NCBI RefSeq assembly: GCF_008189525.1
Contig: NZ_CP043314.1
Coordinates: forward strand, 60,001-92,000
Reading direction: 5' to 3'
Length of the DNA: 32,000 nt
From: Candidatus Saccharimonadota bacterium
GTDB taxonomy: Bacteria; Pseudomonadota; Alphaproteobacteria; CAJXXZ01; 1604HC
The position numbers were made by a program, and so were the translations under genes. Below the pieces are notes generated by a model that did no database searches, was not told where the DNA came from, and saw nothing but the letters and a program-made list of their open reading frames with translations. Every line of letters begins with the position of its first letter. Within the stretch, counting starts at the first letter, position 1. This document shows, piece after piece, positions 15,999 through 25,267 of the stretch.

Positions 15999-18900
15999 AT
16001 TTAAGTAAGTTTTTTATATCTAGGCCAGTATTAAGTTGGGTTATCAATATACTAATAGCTTTATCTGGTTATATTGGATTGAGGAATTCTGTTTTAAGAG
16101 AAAATCCTCAAGTGGATTTCCCTGTAATAGAAGTGAGAATGGAATACCCTGGCGCTAACCCTAAAGTAGTAGAATCTCAAATTGCAAACCCTATGGAAGA
16201 AGAGTTTGCTAGCTTAGAAGGCTTAAAAGGAATGAGTACTACAATAAGCAAAGAGGGTGAAGCTAAAATAAATATGACATTTGATTCTGGTAGATCTATA
16301 GATTCTATATCTTCAGATGTTGACTCTACTTTAAGGAGAGTTAGAGGAGTTTTTCCTCCTAACTTAAAGGATCCACAGGTAAGGAAATCTTCTAGCAATA
16401 ATGGTTCATTTATAACTTTAGCTGTCTTTGGAGATAAATATACTTCTTCTGAGTTGTCTGATATAGCTTATAGACACGCCAAAAATAGTTTGGAATCTGT
16501 GAATGGAGTTTCTTCTGTAAAAGTTGCTGGAATGACAGGTGAAGGAAAAACTTACAGAATAGATGTATGGTTAGATCCTTACAAGTTGAAATCTTTCAAC
16601 TTAACAGCTATGGATGTTTATTATGCAATTAGTAAGCAGACTTATTTATATCCGGCTGGAAACATAGAATCTAATAATATTAGGTATAGTGTTACATTAG
16701 CTAACGAACTTTCTACTGTTTCAGAGTTCGAAGAGATTGTGATTCAAGAAAAAAATAGAAATGTTGTAAAAATAAAAGAAGTTGCAAAGGTAGAAATGCA
16801 AAATGCAGATCATGATGTCAGAACTAGATATGATGGTAAGGTTTGTTCTCTTGTAAATATTGATGCACAATCTAGAGCTAATCAGATACAGATTGCTAGC
16901 GAGATAAAAAACAGGCTTCCTGACATTAATAAAGCTTTGCCTTCTGGGGTTAGGATAGAGGTTGCGCTTGATAGATCTGAATCTATAAAAGTATCTGTAA
17001 ATAGAGTTGTTCAATCTATTTTTGAAGCGGTTATTTTAGTTGTTATTGTTATGATTTTGTTTTTGAAATCTTGGAAAGCATCTCTTATCCCAGTGATTAC
17101 AATACCTATTTGCTTGCTGAGTGGTTTCACAATAATTTATCTGCTTGGATATACTATAAACCTTATTACACTTCTTTCTATGGTTTTGGCTGTTGGTTTA
17201 GTTGTTGATGACGCAATTGTTGCTATAGAAATTATACATAAGAGACTGAAAAAAGAGTCAGCAAAAGAAGCGGCAATAAATGGAATGAATGAAATACAGT
17301 TTTCTATTATAGCTATGACATTAACTTTAGTTGCGGTTTATGCACCTATAGGGTTTAGCACAGGAATTGTAGGATCTTTGTTTAAAGAATTTTCAGTTAC
17401 ATTGGCTGGTATGGTACTTGTTTCTGGTCTAGTAGCTATAATACTTGCTCCAGTGATGAGCTCTTACTTATTGGTTAATGATTCTGGTATAAAGGCCTAC
17501 CCTGTTGTAAAATTTGAAAAATATTTTAAGAAATTAGAATCTGGATATGAGAAATACCTTTCTAGAGCTGTAGAGTATAGAAATATTGTTATCTTCTTCG
17601 GATTTTTATTCGGACTTTCTGGTTTAGTGATAGGTAAATTTTTCTTGAGATCTGAGGTTATGCCTATACAAGACCAAGGAATGCTTAGTTTAGAAATTAG
17701 AGCGCCTAGTGGAGCTAATGTAAAGTATATGGAATACCCTATTTCTAAAGCAGAAGAGATAATCAAGAAGCACCCTGGAGTTAGATCTACATTTTCTTCT
17801 TTTTACAGCGGAGAAGGTAAAGCTAGCATAACTATACTTTTGAAATCATTTTCTGATAGAGAATCGGCATTTAAAATTTCTAAATCTCTAAATGATGCGA
17901 TTAGAAAACAGATACCTAATCTATCAGCCTCTGTTTCAGTTCCTAGTGGATCAATTGGAGGAAAAGCAAATCAATTAGAATTTTCTATCAAAAGCAGTAA
18001 GTCTTATGATGAGTTAGAAAAATTTGCCAATAAGGTTTCTAAGATTGTACACTCTTCTCCGGCTGTAGAGTCAGTACAAGTTTCAAGAATATCTCCTGAA
18101 AAAACTTATGATATAAAGATAAATAGAGATAGAGCTTTATCTCTAGGTGTTGATTTAGGATTTTTGAAAGAAAATATTGCCATGATAATGAGAGGTAACC
18201 CTCCAGCATATAGATATGAAAGAGAAGGTAAAAGATATCCTGTTTCAGTTTGGGCAGATCAGAAATTTAGATCAGATCCTGAAGGAATAAAACAATTTTA
18301 TGTTAAGACTAATGTCTCAGAAGAAGATCAGAGATCCATTCCTAAGTTAGTTTCATTGAAAGACATTGTGGTAGTAGAGGAGACTAAAAACAGGCCGTTT
18401 ATATTGCACGAAGATGGAGTTAGAGCATTTAACTTTGTGTTAGGTCTGAAGCCTAACAATGACGTGATAGAGACATACAATGAAATAAAAGAAGGTATAT
18501 ACAAAATCATTCCTCAAGGTTATGTTGTATCTCCAGGACGAGATGTCAGGACAATAATCGAAGAAGGTAATAATTTCTTGTTTATCATTGGATTATCTTT
18601 GCTGTTTGTGTTCTTTATAATGGCTGCTCAGTTTGAAAGCTTTGCTTACCCAGCTATCATAATGCTTTCTGTACCATTAGCCTTGTCTGGAGCTATATTT
18701 ACAATATTCTTGTTCTCTGGATCTAGTTTTAATGTTTATAGTCAAATTGGTCTTATAACTTTAATTGGTCTTATAACGAAGCATGGTATTTTGATAGTGG
18801 AATTTTTCAAAAAAGAGCTAGAGCAGAGCAAGGATCCGGTTGTTTCTGTAATAAAAGCTTCTTCTTTAAGATTGAAACCTATAGTAATGACCACTTTTGC

Positions 18901-19087
18901 CATGGTTTTAGGAGCTGTACCTCTTTTGATCCCAGGTTCCTTTGGTTATGAGGTCAGAAGTTCTATAGGTTTGGTTATTGTAGGAGGGTTAAGTATAGGT
19001 ACTTTGTTCACAATATTTATCGTTCCTTGTTTATGTGTTTTGTTTATCGACTTGCGAAATAAGTCAACTGGATATAAAGTTAAGTAA
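15995..19087 (+). CDS. Efflux RND transporter permease (AcrB/HAE1-type)
   Basis: 1030 aa with a TTG start that overlaps the adaptor stop. The N-terminus is FFISRPVLSWVINILI. The TM4 proton-relay pair is in GLVVDDAIVAIE, and the TM10 Lys is in GLITKHGILIVEF. The 12-TM, two-large-loop layout is typical. Confidence 0.97.
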   Translation: MNLSKFFISRPVLSWVINILIALSGYIGLRNSVLRENPQVDFPVIEVRMEYPGANPKVVESQIANPMEEEFASLEGLKGMSTTISKEGEAKINMTFDSGRSIDSISSDVDSTLRRVRGVFPPNLKDPQVRKSSSNNGSFITLAVFGDKYTSSELSDIAYRHAKNSLESVNGVSSVKVAGMTGEGKTYRIDVWLDPYKLKSFNLTAMDVYYAISKQTYLYPAGNIESNNIRYSVTLANELSTVSEFEEIVIQEKNRNVVKIKEVAKVEMQNADHDVRTRYDGKVCSLVNIDAQSRANQIQIASEIKNRLPDINKALPSGVRIEVALDRSESIKVSVNRVVQSIFEAVILVVIVMILFLKSWKASLIPVITIPICLLSGFTIIYLLGYTINLITLLSMVLAVGLVVDDAIVAIEIIHKRLKKESAKEAAINGMNEIQFSIIAMTLTLVAVYAPIGFSTGIVGSLFKEFSVTLAGMVLVSGLVAIILAPVMSSYLLVNDSGIKAYPVVKFEKYFKKLESGYEKYLSRAVEYRNIVIFFGFLFGLSGLVIGKFFLRSEVMPIQDQGMLSLEIRAPSGANVKYMEYPISKAEEIIKKHPGVRSTFSSFYSGEGKASITILLKSFSDRESAFKISKSLNDAIRKQIPNLSASVSVPSGSIGGKANQLEFSIKSSKSYDELEKFANKVSKIVHSSPAVESVQVSRISPEKTYDIKINRDRALSLGVDLGFLKENIAMIMRGNPPAYRYEREGKRYPVSVWADQKFRSDPEGIKQFYVKTNVSEEDQRSIPKLVSLKDIVVVEETKNRPFILHEDGVRAFNFVLGLKPNNDVIETYNEIKEGIYKIIPQGYVVSPGRDVRTIIEEGNNFLFIIGLSLLFVFFIMAAQFESFAYPAIIMLSVPLALSGAIFTIFLFSGSSFNVYSQIGLITLIGLITKHGILIVEFFKKELEQSKDPVVSVIKASSLRLKPIVMTTFAMVLGAVPLLIPGSFGYEVRSSIGLVIVGGLSIGTLFTIFIVPCLCVLFIDLRNKSTGYKVK

Positions 19088-19100
19088 TGAGGTTTTGTAT

Positions 19101-19415
19101 ATGTTGAAAATACGTCTTGCTGTAGGAGGAAAAAAAGGTAAAAGGTTTTATCCTATAGTCTTGGCTGAAAGCCAATCTCCTAGAAATGGTAAGTTTATAG
19201 AAAAATTGGGTTACTATGACCCTTTTGCTAAAGAAAAAAAATTAAACTGTGATGAGAAAAAAGTAAAAGAGTCTTTATCTAAGGGTGCTCAGCCTACTGA
19301 TAGAGTCCATAGGCTTCTGCATGAAGCTGGAATAATGGATACACATCCATTCCACTCTAGAAAAGATCTAGATAGAGTAGTATTCAAGAATGCTAAGAAA
19401 AAAGAGAAGAAATAA
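19101..19415 (+). CDS. rpsP: 30S ribosomal protein S16
   Basis: MLKIRLAVGGKKGKRFYPIVLAESQSPRNGKFIEKLGYYDP. The ATG at 19101 is preceded by TGAGG. The ORF-track start at 19035 lies inside the pump gene and is rejected. Confidence 0.94.
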   Translation: MLKIRLAVGGKKGKRFYPIVLAESQSPRNGKFIEKLGYYDPFAKEKKLNCDEKKVKESLSKGAQPTDRVHRLLHEAGIMDTHPFHSRKDLDRVVFKNAKKKEKK

Positions 19416-19430
19416 AATACTCTTTTTATT

Positions 19431-20027
19431 ATGATAGGAAAAATATTAAAACTACATGGCTTTAAAGGTTCATTTAAAGCTATTTTATATCAGACTCCTT
19501 TAGGTAAGTTATTCATAGAGAATTCTGATATAGAAGTGTTGGAATATAGTCTTATGAAAAAGACTGGATCCGGTTGTTTTATGTATGTTTTAAGAACTAA
19601 CTCATCTGACTTAGATGAGCTGAAAGGTCTCCTTGGTTTTTCTATACTATCTAAGGATGAAAGTGAACTTATTTCTGATAAGCAAAATTCTGCAAAAAGT
19701 GATTTGAATTCTAAAGACTTAGATTTAAATCCTGATAATAATAATTCTGATAATATATGTCTAAATGATAATATAGATCTGAATAAATCTAGTGAAAATG
19801 TACATGTATATTTATTAGGAATGATGGGCAAAGATTCTTGCAAAATGGAAATATGTGATTCTGCAGGAAATTTTATTTGTTTTTCTAAACAGGTATTGAA
19901 TTTTGGATCTGGTCCAGTTTTAGATACTGAAAAGGATTTCATGATATCTTATGTACATATAAATGGATTTTGTAAAGATTCTGGAAAAGTGTATATTGCA
20001 GACAATATTGCTATGAGTATGAAATAA
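19431..20027 (+). CDS. rimM: Ribosome maturation factor RimM, with a low-complexity linker insertion
   Basis: 198 aa. The N-terminal IGKILKLHGFKGSFKA matches the RimM consensus (G.i...hG.kGe.k). A PRC-barrel-like C-terminus is present (YLLGMMG ... NFGSGPVLD). It holds the canonical position after rpsP. Confidence 0.8.
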   Translation: MIGKILKLHGFKGSFKAILYQTPLGKLFIENSDIEVLEYSLMKKTGSGCFMYVLRTNSSDLDELKGLLGFSILSKDESELISDKQNSAKSDLNSKDLDLNPDNNNSDNICLNDNIDLNKSSENVHVYLLGMMGKDSCKMEICDSAGNFICFSKQVLNFGSGPVLDTEKDFMISYVHINGFCKDSGKVYIADNIAMSMK

Positions 20028-20750
20028 GAAAAATATTACATTAATCTGTAAATTGTTTCGTAATCTGTTTCCTTTTATTGTTTCCTTAATTGTACAAAAA
20101 TTTTGTTCATATGCTATTTATATATATTTTATATTAATGGCTTGCATTCTTTCCACGAGAGAGAAAACCTTTGAATCCTGTTCTATTAATTCCAGATTAG
20201 AAAACTTGAATCTTTTCTACAAATCGATTCTATTTTTTTTATTAAAAAAGAATTTATATTTTAATTTAATATTACAAAGGTTTTTACAATTTTATAGAAA
20301 ACATTTACATAGTGATTTACATAATAGATAAACCTTAAAAATTATATGAATATTCATGGCTTATGCTGTTTGTTTCAAGCATTGTATATTAAAAACTTGG
20401 ATTCTTTGTCAGCTGTTTTTATTTGTTATAATTATTTTTAAGTAATGAAATAATTATTCCCTAATTATATTCTAAGGCTTATAATCGGTAAGTTTTCAAA
20501 AGTATTTACATAATATATTTGTATTATTATTTAATCTTATTTTGACATTTCTAAATTTAGCTTTGTGTTAAGTTTTTATAATTTCACAATCATTGTAATC
20601 AGTTTTGCTCTTAATTCTATTAGGTCAACTTGTTTGTAAAAGTAATGCTTTTTACTAAATTGGCTTTGTATGATTAGTTTATAGATTACATTTTGATATA
20701 AATACAGGCATTGGTTTGGAAAAATTGTTAATAACGAATAGAATAATAAA

Positions 20751-21494
20751 ATGTCTGAACATGAAGAATGTAAGTTGAAGAAAAAATGGGAGGTAGATGT
20801 CGGAACTATATTTCCAGGAATGTTTCCAGGTCCTCTTTCATTTTCTTGTGTTGGGAAGAGTATAGATAAGTTTTGGAATATTAACTCTCATGATCTAAGA
20901 AAATATAGAATTAAAAAAGATCTTGATGATAAGCCGTTTGGTGGTGGTCATGGAATGATAATGCGCCCAGACTGTATGGATTCTTGGTTATCAGAAATAT
21001 ATAGAGGCCAGAAAATAATATATCCATCTCCTAGAGGAAGGGTTTTCGATCAAAGCATGACAAGTGAATTGCTAGAAAATGACCTTATTATTCTTTGTGG
21101 AAGATATGAAGGGATTGATTGCAGAGTTCTAAAGCATTGGAATATTGAAGAGGTCAGCATAGGAGATTATATTCTATGTGGTGGGGAATTAGCTGCAATG
21201 GTTATGATAGAATCTTGTGTTAGAACTATAGAAGGAGTTTTGGGAAATAGTAAATCTGCTTTGGAAGATAGCTTCTCAGATGGACTGCTAGAAAATGACC
21301 AATATACTAAGCCAGCTTCTTGGGTTCCAAAAAATACAGATTTAGAGTACAATGTTCCTCATGTATTGAGGTCTGGAAACCACGCTTCTATTTCAAAGTG
21401 GATACTTGAAAATAAAGAAAATCTAACTGAGAATAGAAGAAGCGATTTATGGTCTAAATATGTTGCTCGAAAGGAAAAAAATGTACATTCTTAG
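20751..21494 (+). CDS. trmD: tRNA (guanine37-N1)-methyltransferase TrmD
   Basis: 247 aa with FPGMFPGPL, DDKPFGGGHGMIM, IILCGRYEGIDCRV, SIGDYILCGGELAAMVMIES, and VPHVLRSGNHA.I.KW. Confidence 0.95.
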   Translation: MSEHEECKLKKKWEVDVGTIFPGMFPGPLSFSCVGKSIDKFWNINSHDLRKYRIKKDLDDKPFGGGHGMIMRPDCMDSWLSEIYRGQKIIYPSPRGRVFDQSMTSELLENDLIILCGRYEGIDCRVLKHWNIEEVSIGDYILCGGELAAMVMIESCVRTIEGVLGNSKSALEDSFSDGLLENDQYTKPASWVPKNTDLEYNVPHVLRSGNHASISKWILENKENLTENRRSDLWSKYVARKEKNVHS

Positions 21495-21813
21495 AATGTT
21501 TGAAGAAAAAATGAATAAGAAAGCGGCGGAAAAGCTTAATTCAGATCATTTTGAAGTTGGAGACACTGTTTCTGCTCATATTCCTATTGATAAAAAGAGG
21601 ACAAAAGCTTTCGAAGGTCTATGTATTAAAAAAACTCCTAAAACTGCTCTAATCAGAAAGATTGTTAACAATAGAGGTATGGAATGTTCTGTGCCTTTGT
21701 TTGGGAATGTTAGAATTGAGAAACATAGAAGTCATAAAGTAAGAAGAGCTGTTCTGTTTTATTTAAGGAAGCTAACTGGTAGAAAAGCAAAATTGAAAGA
21801 AAGGTTTAATTAA
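21481..21813 (+). CDS. rplS: 50S ribosomal protein L19
   Basis: FEVGDTVSAHI.I...KRT.AFEGLCI, IRKIVNNRGMECSVPL, VRRAVLFYLR...G. I place the start at the ATG at 21481, which is preceded by AAGGA. The ATGs at 21460 and 21496 are alternatives. Confidence 0.93.
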   Translation: MYILRMFEEKMNKKAAEKLNSDHFEVGDTVSAHIPIDKKRTKAFEGLCIKKTPKTALIRKIVNNRGMECSVPLFGNVRIEKHRSHKVRRAVLFYLRKLTGRKAKLKERFN

Positions 21814-21831
21814 GATGTTTAGAGGTTTGGG

Positions 21832-22203
21832 ATGGTAACTTTACAACAACTTTGCAGAGGCAAAAGTAGAAAACCAAAAAGAAATAGAAAAAGTTATCCG
21901 GCTTTGGCAGGAGCTCCACAAAGAGGTGGAACTTGTGTAAGGGTTTTTACTAAAACCCCTAGAAAACCTAACTCAGCTCAAAGAAGAGTTGCAAAAGTTA
22001 GACTTTCTACAGGTTTTGAAATTACAGCTTCTATTCCTGGAGAAAAGCATTCTTTGCAAGAGCACTCTATAGTGTTAGTTAGAGGGGCTAGACGTCCTGA
22101 CTTGCCTGGAGTTCGTTTTATAGTCGTAAGAGGTATAAGAGATCTAAAAGGTGTTGAAGGAAGAAAACAAGGAAGGTCTAAGTATGGAACTAAATCTAAG
22201 TAA
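21832..22203 (+). CDS. rpsL: 30S ribosomal protein S12
   Basis: 123 aa. It aligns without gaps to E. coli S12 from PAL... through ...RSKYG ([33 protein letters not shown]). Confidence 0.98.
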   Translation: MVTLQQLCRGKSRKPKRNRKSYPALAGAPQRGGTCVRVFTKTPRKPNSAQRRVAKVRLSTGFEITASIPGEKHSLQEHSIVLVRGARRPDLPGVRFIVVRGIRDLKGVEGRKQGRSKYGTKSK

Positions 22204-22236
22204 AACAAGATTTTTTATGTTTGAGGTGAAAATTTA

Positions 22237-22710
22237 ATGTCAAGAAAAGGAAAAATACAAAAAAGAGAGGTCAGACCTGACTCTAAATATAGTAACAAAA
22301 GAGTAGCTATGTTGATTAATAAGGTTATGCAAGATGGTAAGAAAGAAATAGCAGAAAAAATAGTTTATACAGCTATGGAATCAATTGCTGAAGAACTTAA
22401 TGTAGAATCAGTGAAAGTCGTAGATGATGTTATTGATAATCTAAGGCCGAATGAAGAAGTTAGACAGAAAAAGGTAGCAGGTCACGCTTATACAGTTCCT
22501 TTTGAAGTTGATGAAGGCAGATCTATCATGCTTGCTTTGCGTTGGTTAGTAGAGAATGCTAGAAAGCGTACTGGAATTCCTATGCACGAAAAACTAAGAA
22601 GAGAAATGAAAGATGCTCTAAATAGTACTGGTGGTGCGTTTAAGAAAAAAGAAGATAGTCATAAACAAGCTGATGCTAACAGAGCATACCAACACTATGG
22701 GGCAAGATGA
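22237..22710 (+). CDS. rpsG: 30S ribosomal protein S7
   Basis: 157 aa with MSRKG....R...PDSKY.N..V..LINKVM.DGKK, then VPFEV...R....ALRWLV..AR.R, and a C-terminal ANRAYQHY. It holds the canonical position between rpsL and fusA. Confidence 0.96.
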   Translation: MSRKGKIQKREVRPDSKYSNKRVAMLINKVMQDGKKEIAEKIVYTAMESIAEELNVESVKVVDDVIDNLRPNEEVRQKKVAGHAYTVPFEVDEGRSIMLALRWLVENARKRTGIPMHEKLRREMKDALNSTGGAFKKKEDSHKQADANRAYQHYGAR

Positions 22711-24824
22711 TGAATAAAAGTGCTTCTTTTGATTTAAATTTTTATAGAAATATAGGTATCATTGCACATATAGATGCTGGTAAAACAACAACAACAGAAA
22801 GAATTTTATACTACACAGGTAAAACTCATAAAATTGGTGAAGTTCATGAAGGTCAAGCTACTATGGACTTTATGGTTCAAGAGCAGGAGCGAGGAATCAC
22901 TATTGGTTCTGCTGCTACTAACTGTTCTTGGACAAAGGATGAAAATTTATACAACGTTAATATAATTGATACTCCTGGTCACGTAGATTTTACTGTAGAG
23001 GTAGAAAGATCATTAAGAGTTTTAGATGGAGCAGTAGTAGTTTTTGATGGAGTTGCTGGTGTAGAGCCACAATCCGAAACTGTATGGATTCAGGCAAACA
23101 AGCATAGAGTTCCTAGAATATGCTTTGTGAACAAGATGGACAGAAGTGGTGCTGACTTTTATAGATGTGTAAGCATGATAGAAGACAGGCTAGATGGAAA
23201 GCCATTAGTGCTAAATATTCCTATCGGATGTGAATCTGATTTCAAAGGTATAATAGATTTAGTTAGCATGAAATCTGTCATTTGGCAGGGTGATGATTTA
23301 GGAGCTTCTTTTGTTGTAGGGGAAATTCCTTCTGATTTAGTAGATAAAGCTAATGAGTGGAGAGATTCTCTAACTGAAGAGATTAGATCTTGTCTTCTGG
23401 ATGAAATTAATGATGAAAATGAAGAATTAATGATGTCATACATAGAAGGTGAAAAAGAAATTCCTTTGAATCTATTAAAAGATATGATTAGAAAAGGAAC
23501 TTTAGCAGCTAAATTCTTCCCTACTTTGTGTGGATCTTCATTTAAAAATAAAGGTGTTCAAACATTGCTTGATGCAGTTGCTGATTACTTGCCATCACCT
23601 CTAGATTTAACTGAAATAAAAGGTACAAATCCAAAAACAGACGAAGAAATTGTTAGAAAACATAATATAGATGATCATTTTTCTGGTTTAGCTTTTAAAA
23701 TTACTTGCGATAAGTATGTTGGTACACTTACATATTTCAGAGTTTACTCTGGGACATTGAAAGTTGGGGATTCTTATTTGAACTCTACTTCTGGCAAAAA
23801 AGGTAAAATAGGAAGAATGCTTCTTTTACATGCTAACAGTAGAGAAGATATCAAGGAAGCTAAGGCTGGAGATGTTGTAGCTTTGTGTGGAATAGATGCT
23901 ACTACAGGAGATACATTATGTGATCCATCTAACCCTATATTGCTTGAAAGTATAGAATTTCCTGAGCCTGTTATGTCTCTTTCCTTAGAACCTGAATCTA
24001 AAGCTGAGATAGATAAGTTATCTAAAGCTCTTGAAAGCTTGAAGAAAGAAGATCCTTCATTCCAGGTAACTACTAACATAGAAACTCAACAAACTCTTAT
24101 ACATGGTATGGGAGAGTTACAGCTTGATGTTATTGCAGATAGGCTTAAGAGAGAGTTTAAAGTAGGTGTTAAAGTTGGTGCTCCTGAAGTTTCTTACAGA
24201 GAGAAGTATAGAAAACCTGTAGAAATAAATTATCAACATAAAAAACAATCAGGTGGAGCTGGTCAGTTTGCTTATGTTGAGATGGAATTCCATCCTTTAG
24301 AAAGTGGTTCTGATTTTGTATTTGAAAGCAAAATAAAAGAAGGAGCTATCCCTAGAGAATATATACCTGGTGTAGAAAAAGGTGTCAGATCTGCCATGAC
24401 GACTGGTTACTACGGATATCCTATGGTTGATTTTAAAGCAGTGCTTGTTGATGGAAGTTATCATGATGTTGACTCGAGCGTATATGCATTCGATTTTGCT
24501 GCTAGAGAAGCTTTTAGGAAATCTGTATCAGGTGGAGAAAACTCTGTCTTACTTGAGCCTTTGATGGATGTAGAAATAACATCCCCTGAAGATTACATGG
24601 GAACTATAATAGGTGACGTAAGCGGAAAAAGAGGTGAAATAAAATCCACCGATTCTATAGGAAAAATAACTGTTATAAAATGTTTTATTCCTTTATCCGA
24701 GATGTTTGGTTATATAGGGCACTTAAGACAAATAAGTAATGGAAGAGCTTCTTTTAGTATGAAGTTTAGTAAGTACTCTGAAGCTCCTTCTCATATAGCT
24801 GAGAAAGTTAAGAAGAGTAAATAA
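22707..24824 (+). CDS. fusA: Elongation factor G
   Basis: 705 aa with [55 protein letters not shown], and domain IV/V motifs ([23 protein letters not shown]). Confidence 0.99.
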   Translation: MMNKSASFDLNFYRNIGIIAHIDAGKTTTTERILYYTGKTHKIGEVHEGQATMDFMVQEQERGITIGSAATNCSWTKDENLYNVNIIDTPGHVDFTVEVERSLRVLDGAVVVFDGVAGVEPQSETVWIQANKHRVPRICFVNKMDRSGADFYRCVSMIEDRLDGKPLVLNIPIGCESDFKGIIDLVSMKSVIWQGDDLGASFVVGEIPSDLVDKANEWRDSLTEEIRSCLLDEINDENEELMMSYIEGEKEIPLNLLKDMIRKGTLAAKFFPTLCGSSFKNKGVQTLLDAVADYLPSPLDLTEIKGTNPKTDEEIVRKHNIDDHFSGLAFKITCDKYVGTLTYFRVYSGTLKVGDSYLNSTSGKKGKIGRMLLLHANSREDIKEAKAGDVVALCGIDATTGDTLCDPSNPILLESIEFPEPVMSLSLEPESKAEIDKLSKALESLKKEDPSFQVTTNIETQQTLIHGMGELQLDVIADRLKREFKVGVKVGAPEVSYREKYRKPVEINYQHKKQSGGAGQFAYVEMEFHPLESGSDFVFESKIKEGAIPREYIPGVEKGVRSAMTTGYYGYPMVDFKAVLVDGSYHDVDSSVYAFDFAAREAFRKSVSGGENSVLLEPLMDVEITSPEDYMGTIIGDVSGKRGEIKSTDSIGKITVIKCFIPLSEMFGYIGHLRQISNGRASFSMKFSKYSEAPSHIAEKVKKSK

Positions 24825-24877
24825 AATGAAATTGATTTATTTAGCATTATACTGTAGTCTTCTGGAATGGTGTTGCT

Positions 24878-25267
24878 ATGATTGATTCTAACAGTGAGAG
24901 AGAAATGGATAAAAAGAAAGTAAGTAGGAAGCCTTCTAAAAAAATAAAAGAAGGAATGAGTATAGTTTTTAAATCTTGTGACGGTGCTGCACTTGATAGT
25001 TGTGTTGCTTATATAGTAGAAATTGCTAGGTCTTTAGGACTAAGCATTAAAGGTCCTGTGCCTATGCCTACTACAAGAAAAGTATTTACAGTTTTGAAAA
25101 GTCCTCATATAGATAAAAGAGCTATGGATCAATTTGAACTTAGATATATGAAAAGAGTTTTATTCTTAAAAGAATATTCTAAGCCAATTTTAGATCTTTT
25201 AGAGAGTAAGATGGTTGCAGGAAACTATTCTATTCCTAGAAACGTAGAAATAGAGATGAAAGTATGA
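24878..25267 (+). CDS. rpsJ: 30S ribosomal protein S10 (start uncertain)
   Basis: The core reads SIVFKSCDGAALDSCVAYIVEIARSLGLSIKGPVPMPTTRKVFTVLKSPHIDKRAMDQFELRYMKRV. The longest ORF gives 129 aa, against about 103-105 typically. The internal ATGs at 24905 and 24956 are alternative starts. Confidence 0.93.
   Translation: MIDSNSEREMDKKKVSRKPSKKIKEGMSIVFKSCDGAALDSCVAYIVEIARSLGLSIKGPVPMPTTRKVFTVLKSPHIDKRAMDQFELRYMKRVLFLKEYSKPILDLLESKMVAGNYSIPRNVEIEMKV

Noticed and set aside
19035-19100. Upstream extension of the rpsP ORF into the 3-prime end of the RND pump gene
   Set aside because: The conserved S16 N-terminus (MLKIRLA...) begins at the ATG at 19101, which has a TGAGG Shine-Dalgarno sequence. 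The extension has no homology and overlaps the pump CDS.
19490-19942. 150-aa minus-strand ORF inside rimM
   Set aside because: It is antisense to a gene with canonical context (rpsP-rimM). It has no recognisable motifs, and it shows the same codon-bias shadow effect.
20053-20331. 92-aa ORF with a TTG start in the rimM-trmD spacer
   Set aside because: It has a non-ATG start without a Shine-Dalgarno sequence, a low-complexity hydrophobic and basic product, and no recognisable family. I treat it as non-coding. The spacer itself is reported as a finding.
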